From Promethearchaeota archaeon (GTDB taxonomy: Archaea; Asgardarchaeota; Lokiarchaeia; Sigyniarchaeales; SOKP01), in contig JAUVNS010000008.1 of assembly GCA_030599585.1 (NCBI GenBank), positions 175,285 through 239,284 on the forward strand: 64,000 bases of DNA, written 5' to 3'. Made by a program: the position numbers and the translations under genes. A model generated the notes under the pieces. The model was not told the origin of the DNA and ran no database searches. It saw only the letters and a list, made by a program, of their open reading frames with translations. Shown in pieces: positions 29,521-39,539 of this stretch (the stretch's first letter is position 1; each line of letters begins with the position of its first letter).

Positions 29521-31263
29521 TTATGGAAGCGAAGTAGGTGGGGGCGCTGAAGACGCGACTTTTTTTCTAAAATTTTCATAAAACCTTTTAGAGTGTTGTT
29601 CAAAGTATTCATCATAGAGTGGAATTTTTAATTTTTGAAAATTTGTAAGCCATATTCCCGAAATTAACGCTATCCCCCTAGTCCCTGTTAAGGATTCTAA
29701 ATCGCTACGCTGAATGCCTCCTCCTAGCATTTGGGCTGCAACAGCTTTTTCTTTTTCTGATCTTAAGGGTAAATTAATAACGGTATTCATATTACTTAAA
29801 ATGCTCTCATCTATGGGTGAATATTGCTGTGAAATCACTTCTAATCCTAGGTTAAATTTTCTTCCTTGGCGTGAAATATCTTTAAAGACATTATTATGTC
29901 TCATCATTTCAGGCCGTAAGATACTTGGAGCTTCTTCAATTGTAAAGATAATAATTGGTAATTCTGATGGATCTTTAACTGTTGTTCCGGTTTTAATATA
30001 TACATTTTTCAAATTAGCTTTATAATTATCATAAAAGTTTTTAGGTAAATTCTGGATTAGCTTTTTTTCAAAAGTAGTGATATCCGAAGATGATTTTAGC
30101 GATTTACGAATATCAAATAATGTTCTAGCCAAGATGCTATTAAAAAGGAATTGTTCTAAATCGGATATCATGGATGCATTGAATATAATTACATTCCCTT
30201 TTTCCAACTTTAGCACGATTTCTGGAAGTTTGCTTGCAGCATTAGATTGAAACATTTCAGAATACTCCAACCAGTGCATTCTTCGTCGTATCGCAGCCAT
30301 AGTTTTTTCGTCATGCCCTCCTGGAGGACGATAGCCATCAGTTAATAAATTTTCGATATAATTTTCTTGATCACTTCTATATGCTGAATAAATAGCTCCA
30401 GCTTGAAGATCGTTAAAAGAACCTGTCGTAAATAGGTCTTCTGGTGTTATCTCTTGATAATTTACCAGACAAGGAGTGGCTAGACTCTTTAATTCTGCTG
30501 GTGGTATACCTTTATTAGGATAGAGATAAAACCAGGAACCAAATAGCTCTTTGTTGTATCCTGATGTTTTGCATATATCAATAACTCCATATTTAATACA
30601 TCCCAAGGCATACTCATCATGCATGTCAATAGCAAGCATGGAGATTTTAGTCCCTTTCTCTCCGAGAATTATCTGAGCGTTATGCTGTAACAAACCGTCT
30701 ATAAAAACTTGATTTAAATTTGATTTCCCCATTCCTGTAGCACCTGCAATAAAAAAATGGTACATTAAATATTTGAAGGGAAAATAGACCTCAACTTTTT
30801 TTTCAGATGCTAAATTACCCATAAAGATTCCATCAGGAGGGAAAATATATCTCAAATCTTCATGGATGTCGCTTTGATCTTCTAAGATTTCCATTAAATG
30901 GGGTTGAAGTGTTTTGTTTTCCATCAAATCTTCAATTAAAAAGAATACATTGGTTACATGACTCTTTATTTCTTTTGTATTCTTATCTTTTTCTATACAG
31001 AGGATAGGACGGCCTTGAATAACATATTGTAGCTCTGATTCTAATTCTGCTTTGATGTAATCTGTTATTTTAACATTTCTTAATTTTTGGCGTGTAAATA
31101 TGTAGTCTGATATTGTTTGTTCGCTAAGGACCTGAACTATTATGGTATATAGCTTATTATTCCTCTGATCTTCAGCAGACAATTTTAAAAAACCATGAAG
31201 ATGGATGTAGTCCTTGTAAAAAATTTCAATTGTACTTTCAACAGAATTTATTCTAATAATCAT
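29521..31263 (-). CDS. herA: HerA-family helicase/translocase ATPase
   Basis: HFFIAGATGMGKSN, IDMHDEY, TIEEA, ISRQGRKFNLGL..ISQ, ILSNMNT. Confidence 0.9.
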   Translation of the reverse strand: MIIRINSVESTIEIFYKDYIHLHGFLKLSAEDQRNNKLYTIIVQVLSEQTISDYIFTRQKLRNVKITDYIKAELESELQYVIQGRPILCIEKDKNTKEIKSHVTNVFFLIEDLMENKTLQPHLMEILEDQSDIHEDLRYIFPPDGIFMGNLASEKKVEVYFPFKYLMYHFFIAGATGMGKSNLNQVFIDGLLQHNAQIILGEKGTKISMLAIDMHDEYALGCIKYGVIDICKTSGYNKELFGSWFYLYPNKGIPPAELKSLATPCLVNYQEITPEDLFTTGSFNDLQAGAIYSAYRSDQENYIENLLTDGYRPPGGHDEKTMAAIRRRMHWLEYSEMFQSNAASKLPEIVLKLEKGNVIIFNASMISDLEQFLFNSILARTLFDIRKSLKSSSDITTFEKKLIQNLPKNFYDNYKANLKNVYIKTGTTVKDPSELPIIIFTIEEAPSILRPEMMRHNNVFKDISRQGRKFNLGLEVISQQYSPIDESILSNMNTVINLPLRSEKEKAVAAQMLGGGIQRSDLESLTGTRGIALISGIWLTNFQKLKIPLYDEYFEQHSKRFYENFRKKVASSAPPPTSLP

Positions 31264-31456
31264 GATAATTGACTCTTTTTTCAGTGATCACTACTTTCTT
31301 TTATAGCTAAAAGATTTTATGTTCTTTTAAAGTTAATAGTTTTTACATTTTATAAATCTCATGGACTTTAGAAATTTAATAGTTTTTAAAATAACTATTA
31401 TGAGACTAATATAAAGAAAAAAAACGATGGGTTATGATTTCACTTAGTTCTGTCGA

Positions 31457-32638
31457 TTACTTTAGGAACTCCTCAATTAAGTTATATACTTTTTCGAGTA
31501 TTTTTTGTTCTGGTAAGAAGGTTAATCTCATATGTCCTTTTCCATAGTCACCAAAACCTGAACCGTAGACTAAACATACGCCTGTTTTTTTAAGTAAATC
31601 AACAACTAATTCTTTATCGTCTTTCCATTTATTTAATTCTTCTAAATCTAACTTAGGGAAAAGATAGAAAGCACCATTAGGCTTAACGCACGTAATTCCT
31701 TCAATCTTACGCAACCTATTATATGAATAATCACGCCTTTCTTTAAGTTTTCTGACCATATCAATTGTATGGCTACTTGAAGTTCTTAAAATGTCAAGTG
31801 CTGCAAATTGTGCAATGGAACTAGCAGATAGACGCGCACGAGCCATTTTAGCGATGCCATTTTTTATTTCTTCTAGTTTGTTTTCTGGATCGTGATAGTA
31901 TAAGTATCCAAGCCTCCATCCTGTTACCAAGTGAGTTTTTGAGAATCCATTTAATCCAATTATGGGAACATCTTTAGCTAACGACGCAGGGCATACATAT
32001 GGCTTATCATAGGTAATCTGATCGTAAATTTCATCCGATAAAATTGGTAGGTTATACTCTCCGGCAAGATCAATTATCTCTTTGATTTTTTTTTCTCCAT
32101 ATAAGACTCCCGTTGGATTATTAGGGGAACAGATTAATATTGCTTGAGTTTTAGTAGTAATTTTTTTCCTTAAATCTTCAATATTGGGCTCCCAATCTTG
32201 TTGTTCATCAAGTTCATATTCAACTGGTTTACCATCATAAAACTTAGTATAATTGATATATAGGGGATAAGATGGGCCGGGTATGAGAAGTTCTTTACCA
32301 TTTTCGATTAAACTTGAAATAATAAAGTTTATTCCCTCTGTAACGCCTGATGTTACAATAATATCCTCAGTACTAACATTGAGATTTTGTCCCTTAAGGA
32401 GTTTACTTAATTCTTCTCTTAATTCAACTACTCCCAATGAATTTACGTAGTAATTCTTGCCTTTACGACTATAGACGGAAAGTGCATCCGAAATAAATTT
32501 TGGAGTATGAAAATCGTAGGAAACTGGATCGCCTATGTTTAAATGGTAGATTGTTTTACCACTTTTAGCAACTTCTTGAGCTACAGCTGCGATCTCTCGA
32601 ATCGCGTACTCTACACCTTTTACTCTATTAGTGAGCAT
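31457..32638 (-). CDS. PLP-dependent aminotransferase class I/II (alanine aminotransferase-like)
   Basis: VEYAIRE, LNIGDP, SPNNPTG, SDEIYD, NGFSKTHLVTGWRLGY, PNGAFY, GSGFG. Confidence 0.92.
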   Translation of the reverse strand: MLTNRVKGVEYAIREIAAVAQEVAKSGKTIYHLNIGDPVSYDFHTPKFISDALSVYSRKGKNYYVNSLGVVELREELSKLLKGQNLNVSTEDIIVTSGVTEGINFIISSLIENGKELLIPGPSYPLYINYTKFYDGKPVEYELDEQQDWEPNIEDLRKKITTKTQAILICSPNNPTGVLYGEKKIKEIIDLAGEYNLPILSDEIYDQITYDKPYVCPASLAKDVPIIGLNGFSKTHLVTGWRLGYLYYHDPENKLEEIKNGIAKMARARLSASSIAQFAALDILRTSSSHTIDMVRKLKERRDYSYNRLRKIEGITCVKPNGAFYLFPKLDLEELNKWKDDKELVVDLLKKTGVCLVYGSGFGDYGKGHMRLTFLPEQKILEKVYNLIEEFLK

Positions 32639-32752
32639 ACTAATTATCCATTATAATTCAAATTTTAATTAATATAATACAATTAAGTTTATAGAAAGAA
32701 GAATTAAATAGCTTATCTTTCTGCAGAATGAGAGTAATTGAAATAAAAAAAG

Positions 32753-33133
32753 TTAGAACTGAAATTCCCTATTACGCAATTTTGAAACTAAATGCCCTCT
32801 CGAGAGGAGTTGTATTCCAAATTGCGAACTATAGTCGCGCGAGAAATCTGTGGTGATGTTACAAACCATAATGCCACCTTCTATTTCAGGTATATCAACG
32901 CATGCTTTATGAAGTTGCCGTAGTTGTGTTATCGAAATTTCTCTTTTCCAATCTCGAACAAAAACGCCATAATTTCCAAATTTACCATTTTTAATAACAG
33001 CGTTAAATGTCCATGTTTTTCCGGATTGACCCTTTAATTTTGTAGGACCATTAATGAATTCATATTTCTCAGAAAAGACCTTTTCAGTTAACTCTGTTAA
33101 TGACTTATCTCCTAATGACATAAAATCACTCAT
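32753..33133 (-). CDS. Stand-alone Mrr-like restriction-endonuclease-fold protein, apparently catalytically degenerate
   Basis: LKGQSG..WTFNAVI, GVFVRDWKREISITQLRQL, GGIMVCN..T..S..Y...FGIQLL follows the Mrr_cat layout. Confidence 0.65.
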   Translation of the reverse strand: MSDFMSLGDKSLTELTEKVFSEKYEFINGPTKLKGQSGKTWTFNAVIKNGKFGNYGVFVRDWKREISITQLRQLHKACVDIPEIEGGIMVCNITTDFSRDYSSQFGIQLLSRGHLVSKLRNREFQF

Positions 33134-33305
33134 TTTTTATATAAATATAGATTGTAAGTAATATATAAGTGTTATTTAGATAGATAAAGAAAATAATCTT
33201 AAAAATAAGTAATACGCAGATATTATCGTCAGAATATGTGCAAGTTTAAAGATTTCTTAACTTCATACGAAGCCGACAAAAATCTATACTCACACACTTT
33301 AGTTA

Positions 33306-34157
33306 TTACGAATTAAAAATCTTATAATTGAGTAATTTATACAGAGGATAGTGCCCCTCTACATCGGGACCTTCCATCTTTATGTATGTGTAAAGATTTG
33401 ACTGCAAAAATTCAACGAGTTTAAAGGCAATCTCATTACAAATCATGTCGCAATTAATAAAATCATCGACGAGATAATGACACTTGCTATTATGTTTAAC
33501 ACAGAATTTTTTCATTTGTAAAGATAATCCTTCTGCAGAAAGAAGATCTAAATGATCCCATCGATCTATAAAGCCTCCTAAATTTCTCGGAGCAATATTT
33601 CTGAGTTTTTCTTGCAATAATTCAATTTTTTTGTTTGAAATGCCATCAACTAAATTTCCTAATCTCTGAGAAATTCCTTTTGCTTCTTTTTTCGCTTCAA
33701 CTTGACATAAGAAAACGTACTGCTTCAAAAGGTTCTCTGCCTTTTTTGCCCTCTGATAGTCGATTATTTCCCATCCTGATAACTTTTTACAACTAATTTC
33801 ATTCTTGCTTGGATTTGAAAAATCAGTAGGATATATCCAACATTGAGGTGGTTTAATCCCAGATTTGTGAACTGAGCATCCATTTAAATCTTTATTGAAT
33901 AAAAAGCATTTACCTGAGTCTTCGTTAAACCTCAACTGAAAAGAGAAAATATTACTTCTCGTAAAATCAGACTTTTCAGCATATCCCCTTTTAATATATT
34001 CTTTAGCCAGAACCTTTGGAATATCAATCTTAATGGAGCAGCATTCACCTTTACAGATTGCAGAGTCAGTGCAATTAGGACCCTGTATTGCCGATTTCAT
34101 TAATTTATTAAATTCTTCGATAATTTGCCAAAAGTAGCTATTTTTCTGATCTATCAA
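33306..34157 (-). CDS. YkgJ-family cysteine-cluster (Fe-S/Zn) protein
   Basis: C....CKGECC, CFLF...GCSVH...KPPQCWIYP. Confidence 0.8.
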   Translation of the reverse strand: MIDQKNSYFWQIIEEFNKLMKSAIQGPNCTDSAICKGECCSIKIDIPKVLAKEYIKRGYAEKSDFTRSNIFSFQLRFNEDSGKCFLFNKDLNGCSVHKSGIKPPQCWIYPTDFSNPSKNEISCKKLSGWEIIDYQRAKKAENLLKQYVFLCQVEAKKEAKGISQRLGNLVDGISNKKIELLQEKLRNIAPRNLGGFIDRWDHLDLLSAEGLSLQMKKFCVKHNSKCHYLVDDFINCDMICNEIAFKLVEFLQSNLYTYIKMEGPDVEGHYPLYKLLNYKIFNS

Positions 34158-34221
34158 GACTGAAAAACCTTTGTTTATACAACGAGATTAATGTGTAGAA
34201 AGAACTTTATGGAGAATAGTC

Positions 34222-35415
34222 TTATTTTTTCTTTATTTTCTTTATTTCTTCTTTTATATTTTTTTGAAGAATCATAACGTCACGCATTTGTTTACCAATT
34301 ACATCTATTTCTCTCTTTAAAGGAGCAGTTTCTGATCGTTTTTCTTTCTCTAATTCCTTTCTGATTAAATTATACGACTTTATCTGGTTTATATTATTCA
34401 TGAAATACTCTGTCGCGTCATCCCTGTTTGTTTTTATTCTCTGTAGCGTTTCTAAAATTATTTTAATATTATCAATAGAAGTCGTCCAATAGCTTAAATT
34501 TTCGTTCTCTCTTAAAGAGTCAATCGTTTGATCGATAAATTCTAAAGCCACTAAAAATACATTTTCAGCGTTAATTTCATGGGTCTGACTTTTTGAAAAA
34601 GGTTCTAATCTCACTTCATCTAAAATATCGGAACTGTAGTTAATTAAAATGTTTCCGATAGATAATTGATGTTCAATAGCAGCATCTTTTGCATTGATTT
34701 CAGTGATTTCTGTCACAAGTTTGAGTTCGTCCAATTCAATTTGTGTAATCAATGGAGTAAATCGTACCCGAAGGTGCTTTTTTCCATAAAACTCGTTTCC
34801 TATCCTTATTATTTGGGTGTAGTCTTGTATTAAATTTTCACCAATGGGGGCGAACAAAACCCCATCTGAAGAATCAAGCTGAAGTAACAATGGAATAATT
34901 CTTTCTTGCTTTATAGCACCAGTTACAAGAATTTTTTGCCAAGGAGCTGATTCAGGTTGACCGTTCAATGGATTATCTACAATCACACTTATTTTATCTT
35001 GAAGACCATTTCTCTCTAAATTATCTTGCGTAATCTTGGCAATAACTTGATTTGCTTCTAATATTACAATTTTCCCTTTAGGGGCTAGCCTATGTGCAAG
35101 TGCGGCAATATACCCACTTTTAGCCCCTAGGATAAGAAGATCGTCATCATCTTCTAATAATAATTGTTGTAGCATGATTGAAATCATATGTGGAGCAGAT
35201 ATCGTTCTAAGCGTTTCTGGGTTCTCTTTATTCAGAAAAAATAACACGGGAGCATCGGTATAAATTTTAAAATGGGAATGTAATTCGTTAGGTATAAAAT
35301 TCTTTAGAGGGACGTCTAAGAAGGCTTTAACTAATCGGATATCTCTCAAATACCCATTATAAATTAGGGTAAATAATAGCTGAATTTTTGACCGAAATAA
35401 TTTGCGACTCTCCAT
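34222..35415 (-). CDS. Protein-L-isoaspartate O-methyltransferase-like protein with long C-terminal helical extension
   Basis: TISAPHM, LILGAKSGYIAAL, APWQKILVTGA, GVLFAPIG, VRFTPL; roughly 170 additional C-terminal residues. Confidence 0.75.
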   Translation of the reverse strand: MESRKLFRSKIQLLFTLIYNGYLRDIRLVKAFLDVPLKNFIPNELHSHFKIYTDAPVLFFLNKENPETLRTISAPHMISIMLQQLLLEDDDDLLILGAKSGYIAALAHRLAPKGKIVILEANQVIAKITQDNLERNGLQDKISVIVDNPLNGQPESAPWQKILVTGAIKQERIIPLLLQLDSSDGVLFAPIGENLIQDYTQIIRIGNEFYGKKHLRVRFTPLITQIELDELKLVTEITEINAKDAAIEHQLSIGNILINYSSDILDEVRLEPFSKSQTHEINAENVFLVALEFIDQTIDSLRENENLSYWTTSIDNIKIILETLQRIKTNRDDATEYFMNNINQIKSYNLIRKELEKEKRSETAPLKREIDVIGKQMRDVMILQKNIKEEIKKIKKK

Positions 35416-35515
35416 CTAAATTACAAGATAATGATAATATTTATAGCTATTATATCTTTTTATATTAAAATATTAAATCATCGTAATGATGACAATACTT
35501 TAGGTTTTTACTTTT

Positions 35516-36103
35516 ATGTTCGTATTAGATGCAGCAAACATTAAAAATGCAAGGATAACGATATTTTTAATAACGTTCAATACGCTTCTGTTCCTTCTTT
35601 TCTCTTTTGGCGTAGAAGATTTAGACTATATTTTTTATTTATTAGTTCAAATCAACAGTAAAGTGGTCTATGATTTAGAACTATGGCGTTTAATAACATC
35701 AATGTTCTTGCACGGAGATTTTCTTCACCTTTTCTCAAATATGTTTTCTCTCTTAATTTTTGGATCGTATATCGAACTCAGTTTTTCAAAGGTTAAATTT
35801 GTCCTAATATATTTCATATCTGGTTTTCTAGGAAGTTTGTTTACTGTATTTTTTTTACCTCTAAACACAATTAGTTTAGGAGCCTCTGGTGCAATTTTTG
35901 GGTTATTAGGGGCTGTGTTATCGATGATTATATTTGATAGAAACAATCCCTTAATTATTTTAGGATTGATTTACGCTTTTTACTTCGTGATCACTTCTTT
36001 CAGACCAGGAGTAAATTATTTTGCTCATATTTTTGGGTTATTGGGAGGTTTTGTAATAGGATATATTCTCAGAAAAAAACCTCCTACTGAACAAATATAT
36101 TGA
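35516..36103 (+). CDS. Rhomboid intramembrane serine protease
   Basis: WRLITSMFLH..FLHLFSNM, GASGAIFG, AHIFGLLGG. Confidence 0.95.
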   Translation: MFVLDAANIKNARITIFLITFNTLLFLLFSFGVEDLDYIFYLLVQINSKVVYDLELWRLITSMFLHGDFLHLFSNMFSLLIFGSYIELSFSKVKFVLIYFISGFLGSLFTVFFLPLNTISLGASGAIFGLLGAVLSMIIFDRNNPLIILGLIYAFYFVITSFRPGVNYFAHIFGLLGGFVIGYILRKKPPTEQIY

Positions 36104-36108
36104 GCTCA

Positions 36109-36774
36109 CTATTTCTTTTTCTTTTTACTCTTCCTTGCTAACTCCATTGTAAAATCCTTGGGGCATATGGTATTTAATGGGCATAAATCACATTTAGGAT
36201 GAATGGGTAAGCAAATTTCTTGACCAAATCGTACAAATAAGCGATTCACCCTAATCCATTGACTTTTTGGTATGATTTCTTTTAATCTTTTCTCAGTTTG
36301 CTCCGGTTTAGTTGTTTTAATCCATCCTAATCTATTTGGAATCCTATGTACATGTGTATCCACTGGGATTGCAGGAATATTAAAAGCATATACCAACACG
36401 CAATTCGCTGTTTTGGCTCCTACCCCTGGTAAAGAAATTAATTCGTCAAAATCAACTGGTACTTTCCCCATATAATCTTCTGAGATGATTCGAGAGACCT
36501 CCTTGATACGAGCAGCTTTAACCTTATAAAATCCTGATTTATGTACTAATTCCTCTAAGATTTCAATATTAGCGTTAGAAATGGCTTGAGGAGTTTTGAA
36601 TCTGGAAAATAATTTCTTGGTCACTTCTTCGGTACTCGAATCTCTTGTTCTTGCAGAGAGAATTGTCGATATTAATATTTTAAAGGGATCATTTCTTTGC
36701 TTTGCTAATTGATCTAAATGAGCTTCTCCTTCAATAACTTTCTCTATTTCGTCGAGAATTTCTACATAATTCAT
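36109..36774 (-). CDS. nth: Endonuclease III
   Basis: PFKILISTILSART, HhH LPGVGAKTA, VDTHVHRI, C.PIHPKCDLCPL..IC Fe-S motif. Confidence 0.95.
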   Translation of the reverse strand: MNYVEILDEIEKVIEGEAHLDQLAKQRNDPFKILISTILSARTRDSSTEEVTKKLFSRFKTPQAISNANIEILEELVHKSGFYKVKAARIKEVSRIISEDYMGKVPVDFDELISLPGVGAKTANCVLVYAFNIPAIPVDTHVHRIPNRLGWIKTTKPEQTEKRLKEIIPKSQWIRVNRLFVRFGQEICLPIHPKCDLCPLNTICPKDFTMELARKSKKKKK

Positions 36775-36777
36775 GTT

Positions 36778-38196
36778 TTAGTCTGATTCACCAATTTTTT
36801 CGAACACATATAGTTTTCTTTTGACAATTTGATTTTTTTTAGCATCAAGGATTGCTCTAACATGCGCTTGTTTAAATTGGAGTTTTCTATTTGATTTGTT
36901 TACGATCCTATTCAAATCTAACATTGGGATTAGTTTGAACTTGTAAAAATTTGCTATTTGTTCAACATTTAATTGTACATCTCCGCCATCGATAGTACCA
37001 ATAACGGGTGCTATTATACTAATCCTACCTTTTGGATTTAAAACTTTAAAACTTTCTCTAAATGTAGCTTTAAATAAAGGATTTAATTTCGATTCAATCA
37101 AGTCAACAACTTCAGTATAATATGGTTTTTGCTTGTAAAATGGGCCTAACTCCGGTTCTGTACAAATCCCGTCAAATTTTTGTTCATTGAAAATAGAAGA
37201 GAGTTGATTTATGTCAGCTTTTTTGATTCTCTCGTTTAGCATATAAGGTACTGTTTCTTCAAGCTCGTTTAATAACCAGCTAACGTTTCTTTCAGTATTT
37301 TTAACTTTAGTTTCGTCAATGTCCGCTCCAAAAATTTGAAAATCTTCAATTAAGGCAAATAATATTATAGTCCCATTACCAACGAATGGATCTAAAATTG
37401 TTTTTCTCTCTCTCTGTTCAAATAAGTTTAAAAAGTTTAACATTATAAGAGACAATTTTGGTGAAATTGCGCTTTTAAACTCTTTAAATGGTCTTTCCTC
37501 ATCAATTTTTTTTTTGAAGTTAGGATCGTCACAAGTAAATGTTCTTGCAATATAACAGCCTTCCTCTGTGAATCCAAAAATGATTTCAGCTCGGTCTCTA
37601 TTGAACAATCCGTATGTAATAACGTGATGAGGGAAAATAGGGTTTAAATTACCAGCATCAATATTTTCTTGAGGGTATTTATAATATAAGGATTTCTTAG
37701 CACCAATTTCCTTTAATAGGGCCATGATTTCTTTATTTAAAAATGGTAAAAAGTGTTTTAAGAGCACATCCGAGTAATAATTATCATCATAGAGATTAGG
37801 GTAAATTGAAACAGCAAAAAATAAACTTTCTCTTCTAATACTAGGAAAAATTTTTTTTAAGGATGAGTTGATAACTTTAAGAATCTCTTTCCTCTTTATA
37901 TCGACCTGCTTGTACTTTTCGATTTGTAATGGAAACGCAAATTGGACGGTTTGGATATCAATAAAATCATGTATCTCGGCGATCTTCTGGATTCCTCCTA
38001 ATATGTATTGAAGCTCCATTAGTTTATTGGCGTATAATCTATCTTCATGCAAATCATCAAATTCTACAATGGCAATATTCGCCGAATAATCTGTGATTCG
38101 ACCTTTAAACTGTGAATTTTTCAATACATTATCAAGTTCAGCTAAAGACAATTGCCAGTTTGACCCTAAAACAAATAAGAAGCGATTCATAGTCAA
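36778..38196 (-). CDS. Trm11/TrmG10-like RNA methyltransferase
   Basis: LG.NWQLSLAEL N-terminus, RPF..SAISPKLSLIMLN, ILDPFVGNGTI, GADID, DGICTEPELG. Confidence 0.75.
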   Translation of the reverse strand: MTMNRFLFVLGSNWQLSLAELDNVLKNSQFKGRITDYSANIAIVEFDDLHEDRLYANKLMELQYILGGIQKIAEIHDFIDIQTVQFAFPLQIEKYKQVDIKRKEILKVINSSLKKIFPSIRRESLFFAVSIYPNLYDDNYYSDVLLKHFLPFLNKEIMALLKEIGAKKSLYYKYPQENIDAGNLNPIFPHHVITYGLFNRDRAEIIFGFTEEGCYIARTFTCDDPNFKKKIDEERPFKEFKSAISPKLSLIMLNFLNLFEQRERKTILDPFVGNGTIILFALIEDFQIFGADIDETKVKNTERNVSWLLNELEETVPYMLNERIKKADINQLSSIFNEQKFDGICTEPELGPFYKQKPYYTEVVDLIESKLNPLFKATFRESFKVLNPKGRISIIAPVIGTIDGGDVQLNVEQIANFYKFKLIPMLDLNRIVNKSNRKLQFKQAHVRAILDAKKNQIVKRKLYVFEKIGESD

Positions 38197-38264
38197 TTAA
38201 AAATAGGTTGTATAGGTTTAAAAAGCAAGCATATTATTAGTAGTTTTAGTTAAGGAAGAATAAG

Positions 38265-39539
38265 TTAGTCAGTACCTAATACATATTTAATTATTTTAAT
38301 GATATCCGCTTTACGAGCCTTAGGAGGTACATTTATATCGTTAGTTTTGCAATAATTTTTCAGTTCCTTAACGGTAAGACTATTTAAATCCTCAGGTAAT
38401 TCACCTACTAAATCAGCATTAACTTGACCTTTTTCTTTGTTAAAATCTTTACTATCTCCAGTTATAGTACGCTCATATTTTTCGCCCGAGACATTTTCAA
38501 TCGCACTTATGATAGAGTCCAGATCTTCTTTTTTCCTTTTCGGAAGCAGAGATATAATTTCTTCTTCTTCTTGTTCTTCAATTGTTGTTTTCTTCTCTTG
38601 TTTCCTTTGATACCTATCATGTTGCACAGTTTCCAATTCTTTCATTATTGTCTTATAATTATCTTTGAAATACTTCAAACTTACATTTATTACATCTGAG
38701 AGATTACCCCATCTTTTCTGTTTAACTATTGATTGACCCCAGTGAAATAAGTCTCTCTGTAAATCTAGAGTAATTACTTTACCTTCATATGTTATATCTA
38801 AAGTAAGCCACCTTAGAATATTTGCTATTATTAGATCGTTATCAAAAGCAGAAAACCCATATTCTCTTCCTAAAGACGAGAAAATAGATAAAGTCCCGAA
38901 CGCTGCCACCTGTCCATGATGGTATTCTGAGGTGATGATCAATGGAACTTTAGGGCAATCTTCTTCGACCCATTGCTTTCCATCGAATCGATTTCTCCAA
39001 CAATTCAGACCTCCTCTTACTATGACTTCGACGGTTATATTTTTTTCTTCTTCCTTTGACAATTTAAGCGTTCCTAAAGAGCAAGCACTAGATAAAACCA
39101 TTTTGTGTGCATTTTCTGTGATATAATGTGGTTTAAAATCAGATAGCAAAGGTCTTTTCTGCAAATTAACATAATTTACTGAATCATTAATTTCATCATT
39201 TATAAATTCAAATCCGAAAAATTTGGTTAATTCGTTAATATTAGTTCTATTTGTGTGTTCTCCACCCCTCGAGCCAACGATTAGTAAGCTTCCGCCTTTT
39301 CTAACGTATTCCTCTAAAACCTCTATTTCTCTCGGATCAAGATTAATGTTTTTAGGTATAGACATTATAATCGCATTATATTTTTTAACTTTATCCAACG
39401 AATAAAATCCCGCTTCTATTTTCCCTAATTTGTAAGCAGAAGTGAAGAGGAATTGAGTAAAATCGGCATAGCTCGAAGCTTCTAAGGTAAGCATGTTGTT
39501 GTGGCTGTAATCGAGCCCGACTGTAATGTCATTTTTCAT
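38265..39539 (-). CDS. GIFT (GldG/IFT52-like) domain + ribbon-helix-helix + coiled coil + C-terminal SAP/Rho-N-like domain
   Basis: LDYSHN, YVRKGGSLLIVGSRGGE...TNINEL...GFEFIND, GQVAAFG..SIFS, DN...IANILRWL; ITLDLQRDL...WGNLSDVINVSLKYF; LNSLTVKELKNYCK...ARKADII. Confidence 0.7.
   Translation of the reverse strand: MKNDITVGLDYSHNNMLTLEASSYADFTQFLFTSAYKLGKIEAGFYSLDKVKKYNAIIMSIPKNINLDPREIEVLEEYVRKGGSLLIVGSRGGEHTNRTNINELTKFFGFEFINDEINDSVNYVNLQKRPLLSDFKPHYITENAHKMVLSSACSLGTLKLSKEEEKNITVEVIVRGGLNCWRNRFDGKQWVEEDCPKVPLIITSEYHHGQVAAFGTLSIFSSLGREYGFSAFDNDLIIANILRWLTLDITYEGKVITLDLQRDLFHWGQSIVKQKRWGNLSDVINVSLKYFKDNYKTIMKELETVQHDRYQRKQEKKTTIEEQEEEEIISLLPKRKKEDLDSIISAIENVSGEKYERTITGDSKDFNKEKGQVNADLVGELPEDLNSLTVKELKNYCKTNDINVPPKARKADIIKIIKYVLGTD

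Noticed and set aside
28287-33133. HerA plus nuclease as an anti-phage defence island
   Set aside because: HerA and NurA are in an operon with Mre11/Rad50, the housekeeping resection context, and the Mrr-like gene is separated by an aminotransferase and looks inactive.
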